A stretch of 62,836 bases of DNA, the filler included, from Choristocarpus tenellus KU-1152 (lineage: Eukaryota; Protista; Phaeophyceae): assembly GCA_964200185.2 (NCBI GenBank). It is 11 parts of 11 records of this genome, joined end to end, with 100 filler letters (N's around TTAATTAATTAA, not from the genome) between each part and the next. Parts side by side here need not be neighbours in the genome. Positions count along the whole stretch, not along the records: positions 7,082 to 18,851 come from CAXNAD020002148.1; positions 18,952 to 25,697 come from CAXNAD020007442.1; 9 more parts are not named here. One strand, 5' to 3'. The first letter of the stretch is position 1. Each line of letters opens with the position of its first letter. This document shows positions 12,001 through 25,051 of the stretch, piece after piece. The notes under the pieces are model-generated. The model saw only the letters and a list, made by a program, of their open reading frames with translations, was not told the DNA's origin and searched no databases. The translations under genes were made by a program, and so were the position numbers.

Positions 12001-14825
12001 GGATTAATATCATTGGTGTTACAAGCCATAGATGCTGTCTCACAATACATACATACAATGCATACATAGAGAAGCACAGATGCCTGAAGTATCTCCATCA
12101 ATCGTCCAGAGACTGCTTGCAATCATGTGATGTGAATAAACAGGTAGTAATGATGTGTCACACTTCTAGCTCCTTACCCTGTCCCTGAAGCTAACCATGT
12201 GGTACTCTTTGTGGATCTAGGGGCAATTACCAGCATGTATCTCTCTTGAAAATCTATAACAAATATAGAATGCATGTACTGCATATATTATATGTAGTTT
12301 GGGTTAGGGTTAGGGATAGGTTTCTTGTTGCTCGGTTTGATGTTGTATGTTCACCAGGGCAGGCCATTGCCGTTGTGTGGCATCCATTTCTATACAATTT
12401 CTATACAGTTCAATTCTTTGTAGAGCATGTGTCTCATTAATATAATGTACACAGTTTACATGCCTTAAAAGTATAGCTGTTTTGGTATGCACATGTACAA
12501 GTTGTATGCAGGTGAGTCAAGATTCATTCCCCTCCTGCCCATGCGTATATAATGACTTCATCCTATAAATATGCCATTATTTAGTAGTCAATTGTACAGA
12601 AACCTACCCAGTAATTTCACCCCTTCAATGTCCCCTGTAGAATTTACATATTTTTAATATACAAGGGTGTTTTTTTGCCTTGCAGGTGATGCATCGAATT
12701 TCCTCTGGTGAGAGGAAAGAGCCTGAAGGGTTAGGTTTAGGGTTAGGAGGAGGCAAGAATGGCAATGGGGACCCATTGGTGGTTGTGGGGTCAGATACCA
12801 TTGTAGAGGTGAGTCAGATTGAGAACATTTTCAGGGTTAGGGTTGGAGTTGTGTATGATGCTCTTGAGGTTCATGCACAATATTGTTTGGTTTAGAGTCG
12901 GGGTTAACATTGACATTTGGAGATGGTTTTGATATTTGTTTAACTTTGTTGCCGTTTTTTTTATGTATCCAGTATAGCTAGTACATATACTATTGCATAT
13001 TATGTGTTGTATGGTGTGGTTAAGACGTTTTCATGCACACTGGTCTTCTACTTTGTAGTGATAGTCCATTCTTATGGTGGCGTGTACAACTACTGTGTTG
13101 AGTTTTGTGCCTGATTGTGGTATGATCATTGTTGAAATTCCTGCTATTGACACCTATCCTCCATTTCCCGCACCTTCCTAACCCTAACCCTAACCCTAAC
13201 TATGATGCTCAAAGCCCACCCTCCATCCTTTTCCACCCTTAAATTTAACCCCCAAGCCTGTAAACCCAAGAGCCCAACATTCTGTGTGTATATTTCTCGT
13301 TGACATTTCACACTCTGGACCTAAACCAGGCAGAATCGCTATAATTTGGTCATTCTAACAACTGTTCACACTGGGATGGAAGAGTTTTATTCAATTTGTT
13401 GTTTTCTTGAATGCGAGTTTGTTTGGTGCCCTGACAAAGTCTGGCTCGCTACAGAAATTGGTGCTTTGCAACTTGCAGCCTTGCTTTCTTGTCCGTGTGC
13501 ATTTCTATTCTGATTTAGTTGTTGCAATGCAAGTTTTTACATTGAATTTGTCCTCTCCAGCCAAAATGTTCTTTGCTTAAAACCCTGAAATGAAGACAAG
13601 GCAATCGATCCTCTTTAGTCATAGGCAGTTAGAACCAGTGTGTAATTTATTAGGAGACCTACTTTCTAATATGATTTGTCTCTAGTTGTGTAACCACCTT
13701 CTCTCTGCAGTGAACACAATCCCACATGGACCCAAACACCGCAAACATCTCCAATCCCAAACGCACTTACACATAGGTGAGATGAAATATGCCATACTCA
13801 TTTATGCTCTACCCTGCTCCGCCCAACTTCATAAGACAGCTTGAGGGACGCATCTTGGAGAAGCCACGAGATGAGGGCGAAGCCTTTCGCATGCTGTCAG
13901 CCCTCAGTGGGTCTGAGCACCTTGTCCATTCGGGAGTGGCGATATTCACAGGTTTTGTAGGTTCCCAGGAGGCGGCGGCCTCATTCTGCGAGAGCACAAC
14001 TGTTAGTTTCACCAAGCTCTCTGAGGAGGAGATTTGGGCATATATCCGGTGAGAGCTTGTTGCACCTTGAAGAGATTGTATGGAGGAGGATCATGGTGCA
14101 GCATGACTGTGCTGATAGATAGGGTCATTGTGCTGGACTGATATGTCAGGTAGGTAGATGGACTGTGCAGATGTTGCCTTGCATATGTTGCCTAGTAGAT
14201 ATGGCATGGGGGTATGTCACGCATCATAGCAGGTGTGGAGATTTTTCTCCTCTTTTCATTTGTGGGACAAACCGGATAGGCAAGCTCATGATCTAAGCTA
14301 TTCCACCTAGGATCTTGTTGTGGAGAAAATGCTTGGATCAATGAGAAACTGGGTAGTGTGGTAGGAGGTGTGATCCTGAAGCTTGTCTCCTCCTTGAATC
14401 TCTCTTGCACAAATGCAAAGGTCGAACACCCCAGACAAACTGTAGGGTCATGTTGAGGGGTGTGCCATATCCTCCTCGATATCATTTGTACCCTATGCTG
14501 TTAATAGTAGCACTGTAGAGCCAGGTTGTGATTGATTAGGAGGTCGATGAGGGCTTTCACAAGGACAGTCAGCTAGAATTGAGAGGTAGTATCCAGTTAC
14601 ATCACTTAACTATTTCTAAGCAAACTGCCGTTCAAATTTTGATTGGGTTCATCCTTAATTTGTCCTTAATTCGTTCTGAATTAATTCTTCCTAAATTGTA
14701 CAAGTAGAGATTGAGCACCACTGACCTCACTCCATGATGTTGTCTCCAATACATTGCACTGCTTAACGTACTCATTCAATAGAACGGGGGAACCTATGGA
14801 CAAGGCAGGGGCCTATGGCATACAG
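9044..14825 (+). CDS. maf: Maf/YhdE-type nucleoside triphosphate pyrophosphatase with putative bipartite plastid presequence; 3' exon(s) not found
   Basis: GT-AG exons 9044-9177, 9604-9739, 11533-11640, 12686-12808, 13840-14048 and 14783-14825 splice in frame. Motifs: LVLASQSPRRREI, SNFEENLDK, A..KA, VVGSDTIV, ILEKP, H.V.SGV, YIRTGEPMDKAGAYGIQ. Confidence 0.9.
13177..13200 (-). repeat. Short interstitial telomere-like (CCCTAA)n tract in a maf intron
   Basis: cctaaccctaaccctaaccctaac. Confidence 0.8.
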
Positions 14826-17800
14826 GTGAGGACAATGAATACTACTAAATACGAATAGACTCATGGGCTTGGCAGTCCAATTCAAATATTTTGTTGACCT
14901 GTGAATTGCTATCATCCTGATGGTTGACTATCTTTTTGGAGGTATACATGTTTTGACTCTTTAATTTGCTAGTGCTTGCACCATGTTCTAATTATTTTTT
15001 GTATGGGAGGCTGAGTCAAATATTCTCAACAGCTCGGTATAAGGTCCAAGTTTTTTATTAACGTTTGTTTTTGACTAGCAAATAGGTGTTGTGCCTCAAA
15101 ATGGTGGAGTCTGCTGTGATAGATGTATTAGGTGCAAAGCGCACTGCCAGTCAAACTTGGCTTCAAAGGCATTTGGTGGTGTCATTGCAGGTTTTCCATG
15201 CTGTAGTGATTCCCCTGGCCAGGATATTAAAGCTTCATTTTGCAATATAATCCCCCATACCCACAAATCACGCCAATTTACATGTTTGGGGTTAGGGATA
15301 GATATGATAAGAAAACCAACAAGTTCTGTATGCCAAATGAGTAGTGCTTAGGTACACGCCACAATAAGAGGTAGAATGTGTTCGCCCTGGGACAGCCCCC
15401 CTGCCAATATTGAAAACAAGCAATTTGTTCTCATTTTAACTGTTTGGCTGGTGGAGAGAGATTGATGATGATAGACAAGCCTTTTGTGATGTATTATTAC
15501 ATTCATGTAGTGTTGATTGTTTGGATCACCTACGTAGTCATATACACAATAAATATACTCTCCCGCCAATGTGTGCCACAGATTGTTTCAACAGCAACTA
15601 CATTTAAAAAAAAAACAATTTCTAGTTATGTTGCCTCGTCCCAACCCTAACCCTCTGACTTTCAACTCTGTCCAGTACCTCATTGATTGACCTAGATATA
15701 ACCTTAACCCTTAAGCCCTACCCCCATTGACTATTTTCTGGGGTGTGGAATGATTCAAAAAGGTGGATTCCACTCCAAATTTGAACAGAATTCTTCTTGC
15801 AGGCAACAAGTTTGTGGAATGCAAAATCTTTTTGTGAAGTTGTTTGTTGCACTATTTTGTGTTGATATTCGTTGTATCGTTGTTTCTTCAATAATGGCTG
15901 TGCTTCGCCAGACATTTCTGTTGGAACGTTTTTTTCTCCTACTGTAGCCAGTATGAGAGTTACTGTTCATTTCTATTTGTTTTCAATATTCTTCAGTAAT
16001 TCTAATTTTACATTATACACAGTATTTAGCTATGTGTTGTATGCATTGTGACCACATTGTCTGCTGCTGGTAAGGATGAACTGTTGTTTCATTTTTGGAA
16101 TTGATATTTTTTCAACATGTAACACCCCAAGTTGTTTTGTCGCTGAGAACAGACATGATGTCAACCTGCTTTTGACTTTTCACTCTTTGTCACTTATTTT
16201 TCTATAGTGCTGGTCCTGTAACAACATTCGTAGTAATGATCTCATCAATGATCTCAGTAATGATCTCATGGTTGCCTTTCTGCGCTCACATGTCACTACC
16301 AGGGTATCGGAGGACAATTTGTGTCCAAGGTTGATGGGTGTTTCTTCAGTGTGATGGGGTTCCCCATGCACGCTTTCTCTAGTTCATTGGCCAAGGTTAT
16401 ACAAGAAAAGAGGGTATAATGGTGTAGAGGAATGTATCCAGCTGCTTTATGTTGTGGTATTTCCCCCTTTCAATCTTTTTGGTGAAGGCACAGGAAGGCT
16501 GGGCCTGATGGAAAAAATGTTGAACATTCTTTCCTCTTATCTGTGGGGCTTGAGGTATCAAACCTCTGTGTATCAATATAAGTTGATTGGTTGCGTGGAA
16601 TCAGTTAAAACAATATTTCAGCACACCTTGACCATGAATTGTGAGCACATGTTTTCCTCTTCATTTCCAGGCATACAGCCTCCTCTAGTGAGGGAGATCG
16701 GTGCGATTATAAGTGCTGAAGGAGAATGGCTCTGCAGGAGATAGCGTCCATCTTGGAAAGAGTGATGAGTGATGAGTGTACACACAGACACTACCGCCTT
16801 TTCACCTCCAACTACATCGGCCAGGAACTGCAAAAATGTGTTGAATGAAAATAGTAGAGACTTTCAAGATCTTGCATGCTTTCCTTGCGATGATCTCATT
16901 ATAATGTACAGTATAAATTGCTCATGCCTTATTTTGTCTGGAGTATGTATTCCTTTCAAGACCTGGTCAAAAAAGGTTAAGATTTCTGGCGATATGGGTT
17001 TTACTATAAATACAATGAGTGAGCCAAATTGGAAGGGTTGTGTGTGAAGGGAACATTGTCATTGGTTGATCCTTCATGGTTGTGACTATAATAGGTAGGA
17101 CAATTACCTTTGTAATGGTGACGAAAAACTGCCCAATGAGAAGCTCTTCATATTTTGTAACCCTTCCAATCTAACTATTTGTGAACTAGAGTAAACGAGA
17201 GGTACCCAGGTTTATCTGTTTTGCATTTCAAGCCACTTTTTACATCCTTTGTAATTAATCCTTGTTTGTATGGATGAGGTGCTAAGATTGACTTGAGAGA
17301 TACTATATCTCTGTTGTTTGAAATTATTGATTGAATTCAGAAAAAGTCCATGCACGCATAATTACCAAAAGTCGAATTATGCACGTATTGTCAGCATCCT
17401 TAAAATGCAACTTGGGTGCCTTTCTTATACTCCAACTCAGTATATCTTCATCATAAATCTGCAATCGCCTCAAATATTCACCATTAGGACCAAGCCTAAG
17501 GAAATTTTTCCTTGGCATGACTTGTTCTGGTTCGGTGCAATGAGGTGACTACCTATGATAATATTGCCAATACCCCGAACACTAACTGTCCTTAAAACAA
17601 GATTTGTATGCAAGCGTAACACCATTCCCTGCATGCAGACTGTCCAAGTACTACTCGTACAAGGCAGGGGTATCTCTTTCTGCAGCGGGAAATCTATGAA
17701 AAACCAACATGCACCAGGTAGTACTTGGTGTACTTCCTCTGTTCGGAATTAAATGTAACGAACCTTTTGCAAGGTCTGTTCTTGCCCAGGAATGACCAAC

Positions 17801-17899
17801 GGGATAATCCTTTGGACGAGTGTTAGTTATCATTTAGATTAGGAGGCATGCAAAGTTTGAGGTGGTGGGCTGTCATTGTTGTGGAGGATTAAGTTGCAT

Positions 17900-18851
17900 T
17901 TGACAGGGTTCAAAAACCTTGTGAAACCATCAAAGTGAGTATTAATTGGGATGCCTAGGACGATGGCTCCCTGTCATTTGAGTGGCTTGCTCATCCCATT
18001 GTTGCCCGTCAGTCCCAGTGCTTTGGGCCAGAAGTCTGTCCAGGGTCCAGACTCAAACACCCCAACAAAGAACAGTGTGGTGGTGCAACGCCTGGAGGTG
18101 AGAGGGTGAAAGACTTAGATGCCTCAGGGGACCGTGGCGGTCATTGTGGAGGACTTTGGAATTTCTGGAATCACTGTGTTCTGTCATCTGAGGGATTTTT
18201 ACAGCCAGATCGGACGGGGTGAATGCATGGACCTTGTGAGTCAAAGTATCTTAAAGGGTAGAGCTATTTCCGTTTGGGGGCCAAAATCCAATGTTGCGGT
18301 TTTGATGTAATTTTGGCTATCATGTTTGTTAGAAAATGTCAATATTCTTGCTCCGGACACACCTTTTCATAACATTTAACCTACTCCAAAACATCTCGGA
18401 GTAGGTAAAATGTCATAATAAACCCTTGGTAAAGCAAGAACCAAAAGGACAAACAGGAAAAAAATCGTACCCTCTAAGATACCTTAGCTCTGTACAGCGT
18501 CGCAAGGGGCAATGTGGCCACAGTACAAGAACCCTAAATGTATGGAATGTGTGTACATCCTTCCGTAAATGGTCAGCCAAAGCTGGGGTCTCTCCTGCCT
18601 TATTGTGGGATCCATGCAAGTATAGGAAAGTGAAAAAAGTCAAGTGGTGGATTAGGGCAGTCCTCTCTGACCAGCAGAAAGTCAACAGGGTAGGTTTTGC
18701 CATCAGCCACACACATAGGGGGGGGGGAGTGGGGTATTCGTTGACTTTCTATGTGACTGGGTGCATGTGGATGAGAAGTTTTACATCCTCAAAGATGGGC
18801 AAGGTACATACCTGTACCCCACTGAGGACCCCCACAGACTCCTTAAGCATA
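17900..18851 (-). pseudogene. Degenerate CRE-like reverse transcriptase remnant interrupted by a MITE
   Basis: Minus strand gives ..GLSLDPGQ.. and GAIVLGIPI, resembling the post-YxDD region of CRE-like RTs; heavily degraded. Confidence 0.4.
18238..18490 (-). mobile_element. MITE family A
   Basis: GAGTCAAAGTATCTTAAAGGG...CCTCTAAGATACCTTAGCTC; flanks TGT/TGT (3-bp TSD). Confidence 0.9.
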
Positions 18852-18951
18852 NNNNNNNNNNNNNNNNNNNNNNNNNNNNNNNNNNNNNNNNNNNNTTAAT
18901 TAATTAANNNNNNNNNNNNNNNNNNNNNNNNNNNNNNNNNNNNNNNNNNNN
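18852..18951. other. Artificial contig-join linker
   Basis: N44-TTAATTAATTAA-N44. Confidence 0.98.
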
Positions 18952-19132
18952 CAACCACCAAAAGGGAGGGCGGCGGGCGGGGGTCTTCAACAAAGTGTCG
19001 ATTTGGACCAACACCAGGAAAAGTGCACTTTCATTATCCATCCAACGTATGGAATCAAATCACCGAAAAATCACGACATTAAAATTTTAGCTCCAACTGG
19101 ACAGCCACCACCCCCCCCAGGTACTTTGAGCC
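18952..19132. mobile_element. MITE family B (left end cut by contig start)
   Basis: aagtgcactt..cattatccatcc..aaatcacc core; ends CCCCCCAGGTACTTTGAGCC. Confidence 0.8.
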
Positions 19133-19307
19133 CATCAGATGTGGGCGGTGACTGGAAACCAATTGCAAAAGGGGTTCGCATTGGTTGGTCATCAGAGGTG
19201 GGCGATGACTGGAAATCAATTGCGAAAGGGGTTCGCATTAGTTGGTCATTGCAGGGGGGGGAGGTGACAGAAAAATCAGTGGTGAAGGGGTTCGCACTGG
19301 TTGGTCA
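19133..19307. repeat. Tandem repeat, ~57-bp unit x3 (diverging)
   Basis: catcagaNgtgggcgNtgactggaaaNcaattgcNaaaggggttcgcattNgttggt repeated. Confidence 0.85.
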
Positions 19308-20622
19308 CAAGTGGTAGTACAATAGGGAGGAGGGTAATGGGTGGAATGCAAGTATAGAATAAAATAATAACAATCCAGAATCCGTGAGCAAGACAAAATG
19401 AACAAAATGTCTTGTACTGACATGCTTGTTCCGTATGTGACCTATTCAGTGTTCGGTTTATCAGTTTGTTCCAATGACAAACGAAAATATGACATTTTCC
19501 ACGGTTTTCATAATAGAAGCTACTTTCGCACGGGAAGAATAAACTTTTGTTGAAGGGTTCATATTTAATGTTTCCCGTTTTGGGTCTACCTTGTATCAAT
19601 TAAGAACATAAATATTACCTCCTAGGCTTTATTGTAGTAGAAGTTACTCGTCCACATAGATAGGAAGAAAGCTTGGTATTGGTTCGTATCCTATGTTATT
19701 CTGTACCATATTTCCATTCCCACATACTTCTGAAGAGCGAAACTCACGCCAAATATTTTCCGCACTATAAGCAGCTTGTCTGGAAGCATTAAATAACACC
19801 GTGCTCTTATTCGCATGAGATGGATAAGAAAGAAAGATTGCTTGCTCCGTCATAGGCATTATACAATTTGCTCCAAAACCGTATCAGAAGAGTTCAAAAC
19901 CCAATTGAACTTCCTTAGTGTGAAGAGACACCAGGTGCATATCCCTTCCAGGAGGACCGAACCTACCTTTCGTTATCCCCACCCGCTGTACCTAGCCTGA
20001 TACACCAAGCATCTCAGAAGAAATAAACATAACAGGACTTCCTTCGTGAAGGAACACCAGGTGCGTACCCTTCCAGAAGGATTGAACTCGACCGCAACCA
20101 TCTCTACCCTCCGGACCTAAACCGATCCACCATATGTGTCCTCTCACCTTCTACCAGTTTCCCCTGTCCATTTTGCAACGTGCCCACTCCTTGGAGTCAT
20201 CATGCGATTAAAGGAGAGGTGCTGGCCAACCACTCAACGTCACCATGCCTTTAAAGGGAAGCAGGAGGTGAGTCTCGTAGAACAAATGTACACCCTCAGT
20301 ACAGATCATTCCTGAGCATTCCTACGAGTCCAATCCCATAACCACTATCGGCGGACAGCGCTCATGAAAAAAATGTTGCGAGATTAATCCGTTCATGTAG
20401 CTTGTACAAAACATATACCCGAGCAGTTGTATAACCCTGTAGTAATAACCCTCCACCCAACCCTTCACCTATCACTTGTCGTAGCTCACACTCTCATTCT
20501 ACATCGACCCCTCCCCGTCCATCAACCGTTTATGGTGTAGAACATGTTCGGCCATATTATTTCAATAATGCGTCTCTCTCTCTCAAAACAGTCGCAAGTT
20601 CCCTTGTAGTAACAATGTTGAA

Positions 20623-20880
20623 GAGTGAAAGTATCTTAGAGGTACGAGTTTTTCCCTGTTTGTCCATTTAGGGCTTAGCTTCTCATGGGTTTGCTTATGA
20701 CATTTGTCTACTCCAAAATATTTCGGATTAGGTAAATTGAATATGTTTTGAAAAGGTGTGTCCGGAACAAGGATATTGAAACTTCATAACAAACATAATA
20801 ACCAAAATTACATCCAAATCGCATAATTGGATTTTGGGCCCCAAATGGACGCGACCCTACCCTCCAAGATACTTTGGCTC
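20623..20880 (+). mobile_element. MITE family A
   Basis: Both TIRs present; flanks TGAA/CGAA. Confidence 0.9.
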
Positions 20881-21386
20881 CGAAAACATGACCATCATAA
20901 ACCCGTTTCCACTCCACATATCAACCAACGTGCATTGTCATAGAGCTCCCCCCTCTGTTAGAATGCGACCAATCGCGATATTAACCTAGGCCACCCACAA
21001 ATCACAATAACCCTGTTTCCCTACAACACATGATCTTCAATATTCGACTCGCCAATCCACTGTACAAAATCGATGCTTCTTTGAGATTTGTCGTAGACAT
21101 AGAGTCTCAAATTCTGTGCACAGCGTGTGCATGTACAAGCACTCACCACTCATTGAGCGACCACGTCCCACACCCCTATCCTTTGTGCTTTCTCCCTCTT
21201 GTCTAACCATAATCCACCATAAACATTCACAATAGAGTCGGACAACATTCCATCCCCCAAGGACTTCCTCCGAGACACTTAGCCTGTCATCATAAAGCAA
21301 TACACCGTAGTGTTGGAACCAAAATTATGACCTACCCTCTACCCTACATCTAAACATGATCTCGCACCACACACACACGACCTCAA

Positions 21387-21648
21387 GAGTGAAAGTATCT
21401 TAGAGGGTACGAGTTTTACCCTGTTTGTCCATTTCGGGGCTTGGCTTCCCGCGGGTTTTTTATTCCTTCTTTTTGTATTCCAAAATGTTTCGGAGTATGT
21501 AAAATGCATACCTTATGAAAAGGTATGTTAGGAAAAAGGATATTGACACTTCCTAACAAACACGATCGCCAAAATTACATCAAAAATTGCAACATTGGAT
21601 TTTGGCCCCCAAATGGACGTGGCTCTACCCTCTAAGATACTTTGACTC
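21387..21648 (+). mobile_element. MITE family A
   Basis: Both TIRs present; perfect 4-bp TSD TCAA/TCAA. Confidence 0.92.
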
Positions 21649-21847
21649 TCAAATAGAACCAATAGCATCGACTTCGGTATTGTTATGCATTTACACCGAT
21701 AGACAAGTTGTAAATCCTGAAAAACCTTTGGCCGTGTTCCCATACTTTGGTTACATAACAGTCGCCAGATGAACAGTAGAGGCTATCTTGACTCTATAAT
21801 ACTAAGAAATCAAGCAGTCCATAAAATGTGTGCATAACACCACCCCA

Positions 21848-22090
21848 GAGTCAAAGTATCTTAAAGGGTAAAGCTGCTTCCGTTTGGGGGCCAAAACACA
21901 ATGTTGGAATATTGATGTAATTTTGGCTATTGTGTTTGTTAGGAAGTGTCAATGTCCTTGTTCTGGACGCACCTTTTCACAACATATACAATTTTCCTCT
22001 CAAACATTTTGGAGTTGGAAAATGTCATTAAAAAAAACGTGGGAAGCCAAAAACAGGACAAAATTCAAACCCTCTAAGATACCTTCATTC
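21848..22090 (-). mobile_element. MITE family A
   Basis: Both TIRs present; flanks CCCA/CCCT. Confidence 0.88.
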
Positions 22091-22619
22091 CCCTTCACAT
22101 CCAACCCTTTCACCTTGTACTCCGCACGCTCCTTCCACCATTTACACGAACATTATACTCTCTCCAATATTGGTACAACAAAATGTGTAAAATCCAGTTC
22201 TGCCAAAACGAGGAATACCATTGTATAAATGCATTACGAGGAATACCTGTTCGAACACACATACACACACCATGCCAAACCCCATCCGCTGTGTACTTAC
22301 TCATGACATTGCTTAGTACTGTGTGATTAGAAGAAGGGTTGGAATTTGCCCACCATTTCAACCCCACCAATACCCAGACGCCCTTGAGTTGAACATGGCT
22401 ACCCATGCACAAGGACAAATTTTCCCCTCACTGTATGGATTTTTTCTTTATTGTTTCCTTCATGTATTCCTTTCCGGTCCCCTTCACTCTATCATTCGAG
22501 ATGCGATCACCCATACTTACAAGTTTCACACATTCCCAACTACTTGTGATCCCACACCATACTTTACATACTATTTGCAGCTTGATAACTCATAGGTTGA
22601 TAAACTAAGTATTTCAGGT

Positions 22620-23230
22620 TTGTCATCCTTAAGATGTTGAGTACAATATGGTAGCAATCTGCCTACATATCTTTCACTATCTCTATATACAACCTGAGCT
22701 TCTTCTGAAAGTACCAATACTTTTCAAACAAGATTACTACTATCAATAATAGGACCTGTATTGGATATATACCACATGGCTCTTTCACGACCGGCAATGA
22801 TATTTTTCGTATGCATTAACAGGCCTCAATGTGATGCAGCTTCATTCCACAGGGAATTCATGCATCAGTCCAAAATTATCCACATGTGTAGCATCGAACG
22901 CTATATGGTCACGTATCCACCCCCCCTTACACGGACGATCATCATCAATATATTTACACTCTACCACACAACGCTCCATTTTATTCGTATTGAAACTGTT
23001 AAGAAACCAGACATCATTGGTGGCCCCACCAACGTTTTCCTCACATGCGTATTCCACCTCCACCAAGAACTAATCAGAGGTCAAACTCTCATCAACAATT
23101 GAAGTGGTTTACAAATTATCATCCCTTTATCATCCTATCAGACCATCATACAAACCATTGCCCGTCCATAGTCTACCCTCTAAAGTGTCCACCACACCAT
23201 CCACCTCCCCCAAATGGCCAATAATCTAAC
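22620..23230 (-). pseudogene. PIF/Harbinger-like (Plant_tran/DDE_Tnp_4) transposase relic
   Basis: Minus-strand motifs occur in the expected order: GVVDTL (~23185), GGATNDVWFL (23013-23030), GIYP (22762-22773), YFQKKL..KD (~22670-22715); multiple frameshifts. Confidence 0.5.
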
Positions 23231-24619
23231 CTCTGATGTGAATGCCCACAATTCTCACACGAGATTCCTACAATATATAGTACAGATTTTATAAATAGGC
23301 AACCCAATCCCAGTAAAGAGATACATTTGGCCGTATTTGTAACAAGCAATACAGTACCCTAATGCCACAGCTATTATCACTGTTTCTGCTATTACACCCA
23401 ATCCAACCTAATCAAGAACTGAACACGGAATATTGTGGCATGATGCGTAAGAGTGCATAGCGGTGAAAGAGGAGGTTAGGGTTACTACTAACCCTTTTGA
23501 GGAACTTAAAAACAGAACCTGAATATATGACCTTAACTGGAACTAGGGCTTCCTACAGAAATGCCATCCCATCTCTTCGAGTATCTGTCCACAGAGTCAT
23601 CCTGTACTCATCATATCAGTGATTACATGCATTGTCATGGAGATCAATATTCCTTGCAACATAAAGCTCCCCGCCTATGTCACAGTTCGATGGGCGTCAG
23701 ATGTCGGAAGGATCCTGCATAGGAATCAGCATAGGAGATTCGTATGGAAATTTGTTCCACAATGCAACCGCGAGAAGGTCGAAGCTATATTTATCGGGGA
23801 GGGCGTAGTGGCCAGTAGATCACACGTGCCGAATGTCAAAACATAAGCTACTCATTCGATTTGCTTTGATACCATACAGCATCGTCAGTCCATACTGAAG
23901 GCGGATTTGTCCATTGCGATGGTCGCTATTCACATTTACATCACTCGTTTATTAGCTCATCATTGCAACCCACTCAGAAGATGTGTGACAGTAGTTACCT
24001 TAGATATGGATCCAAGCTTGGCTTCTTCTTTCTTCCTGTGTTACTTCTTTTTTTTCACACAAGTTGTCAATTGCATAGCATGTGTTGATTCTTATTTTTT
24101 ACTTCACTGGCATTGCGTACCACAAGACATCCCATCACTCTGCAACACGTATAAATCTCACGCCAGGATGCAATATAAACAGAGTTAAAACCATCCTTCG
24201 AAACCCTTCTCTGCCAAGGTGACTGCCCTCTTCATAGAGGATGAATTTCTTCATTTGAGCGCCTCAATAAATGACCACACAGTTTCTAGCAATCACAGTC
24301 TGCTCTGAATAAAACATGCCACAAACGTCCCAGTACCCATTTCACTCCAACCAAAGTCTGACTGAGTAAGACATCCCTTCAGGCACACCAGACCGAACCC
24401 GCAGGTGTCTTGTTGCACTATGACACACACTCGCCTCTAAACGTGTTAATCATAGCACAGCCAAACATACCTTCACATCACTGTCTGACTGAATACAACA
24501 TGTCATCAGACCTACTAGAACAAATTCATCAGTGCTTTGTTGCGCTATGATCTCTTTCATCACAAACCAGACACATCACAACAACACACAACTCGTACGA
24601 AATCAGGTTTCAACAGGTT

Positions 24620-25051
24620 ATGAGCCTCACACGATTCCCCTTCGTGTTGGATATCTTCAAAAGGATGATATCCTGGGTACGGACAATAATGGAATACAGG
24701 CGGGATTACACTTGTGACAGGTCCCGCCCCTACCTGCCGGATATCAGGGACGACAGTGAACGCTATACACACAGAAGGATGTTGGTGAAGCAGTGCACTC
24801 AGTACTGCCTCAAAGACATAGATTTCGGGAGTGAAAAGGCTGCATTCCAGATGACCGTAAGAAGGAGGGTTGCTGCAAAAATAAAGGCATTCCTCAAGGA
24901 GGCCTGGGAGGATACCAACCTGGAGAGCGGGATCATGAAAGTCACAGACCACACTGCGGCTCAATTCTATAACTCCATGGCCACCCTTGTGCAGATATGT
25001 GTGGATGAATGTGAAGTTTCGATGACTCTTTTACATTCATGTCTTACATGA
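24620..25051 (+). CDS. Unknown 143-aa ORF or exon within a repeated element
   Basis: Protein-like composition, preceded by a CAG acceptor (24616). Its 5' flank and start recur in reverse at ~31020-31070, and 23850-23900 recurs at ~31905-31960. Confidence 0.4.
   Translation: MSLTRFPFVLDIFKRMISWVRTIMEYRRDYTCDRSRPYLPDIRDDSERYTHRRMLVKQCTQYCLKDIDFGSEKAAFQMTVRRRVAAKIKAFLKEAWEDTNLESGIMKVTDHTAAQFYNSMATLVQICVDECEVSMTLLHSCLT

Noticed and set aside
15150-15210. Missing terminal maf exon (GGVIAGFP)
   Set aside because: It lacks the expected I.G.Y.NV.G.P context and a phase-compatible acceptor; the exon is probably on another contig.
15750-17830. Penelope-like or Plavaka-like relic downstream of the last maf exon found
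   Set aside because: AT-rich and vaguely coding-like on minus, but no diagnostic motif could be read, so it is left unassigned.
19133-19307. CRISPR-like array (also considered for 49241-49379)
   Set aside because: Units are contiguous tandem repeats without unique spacers; no cas genes; eukaryotic context.
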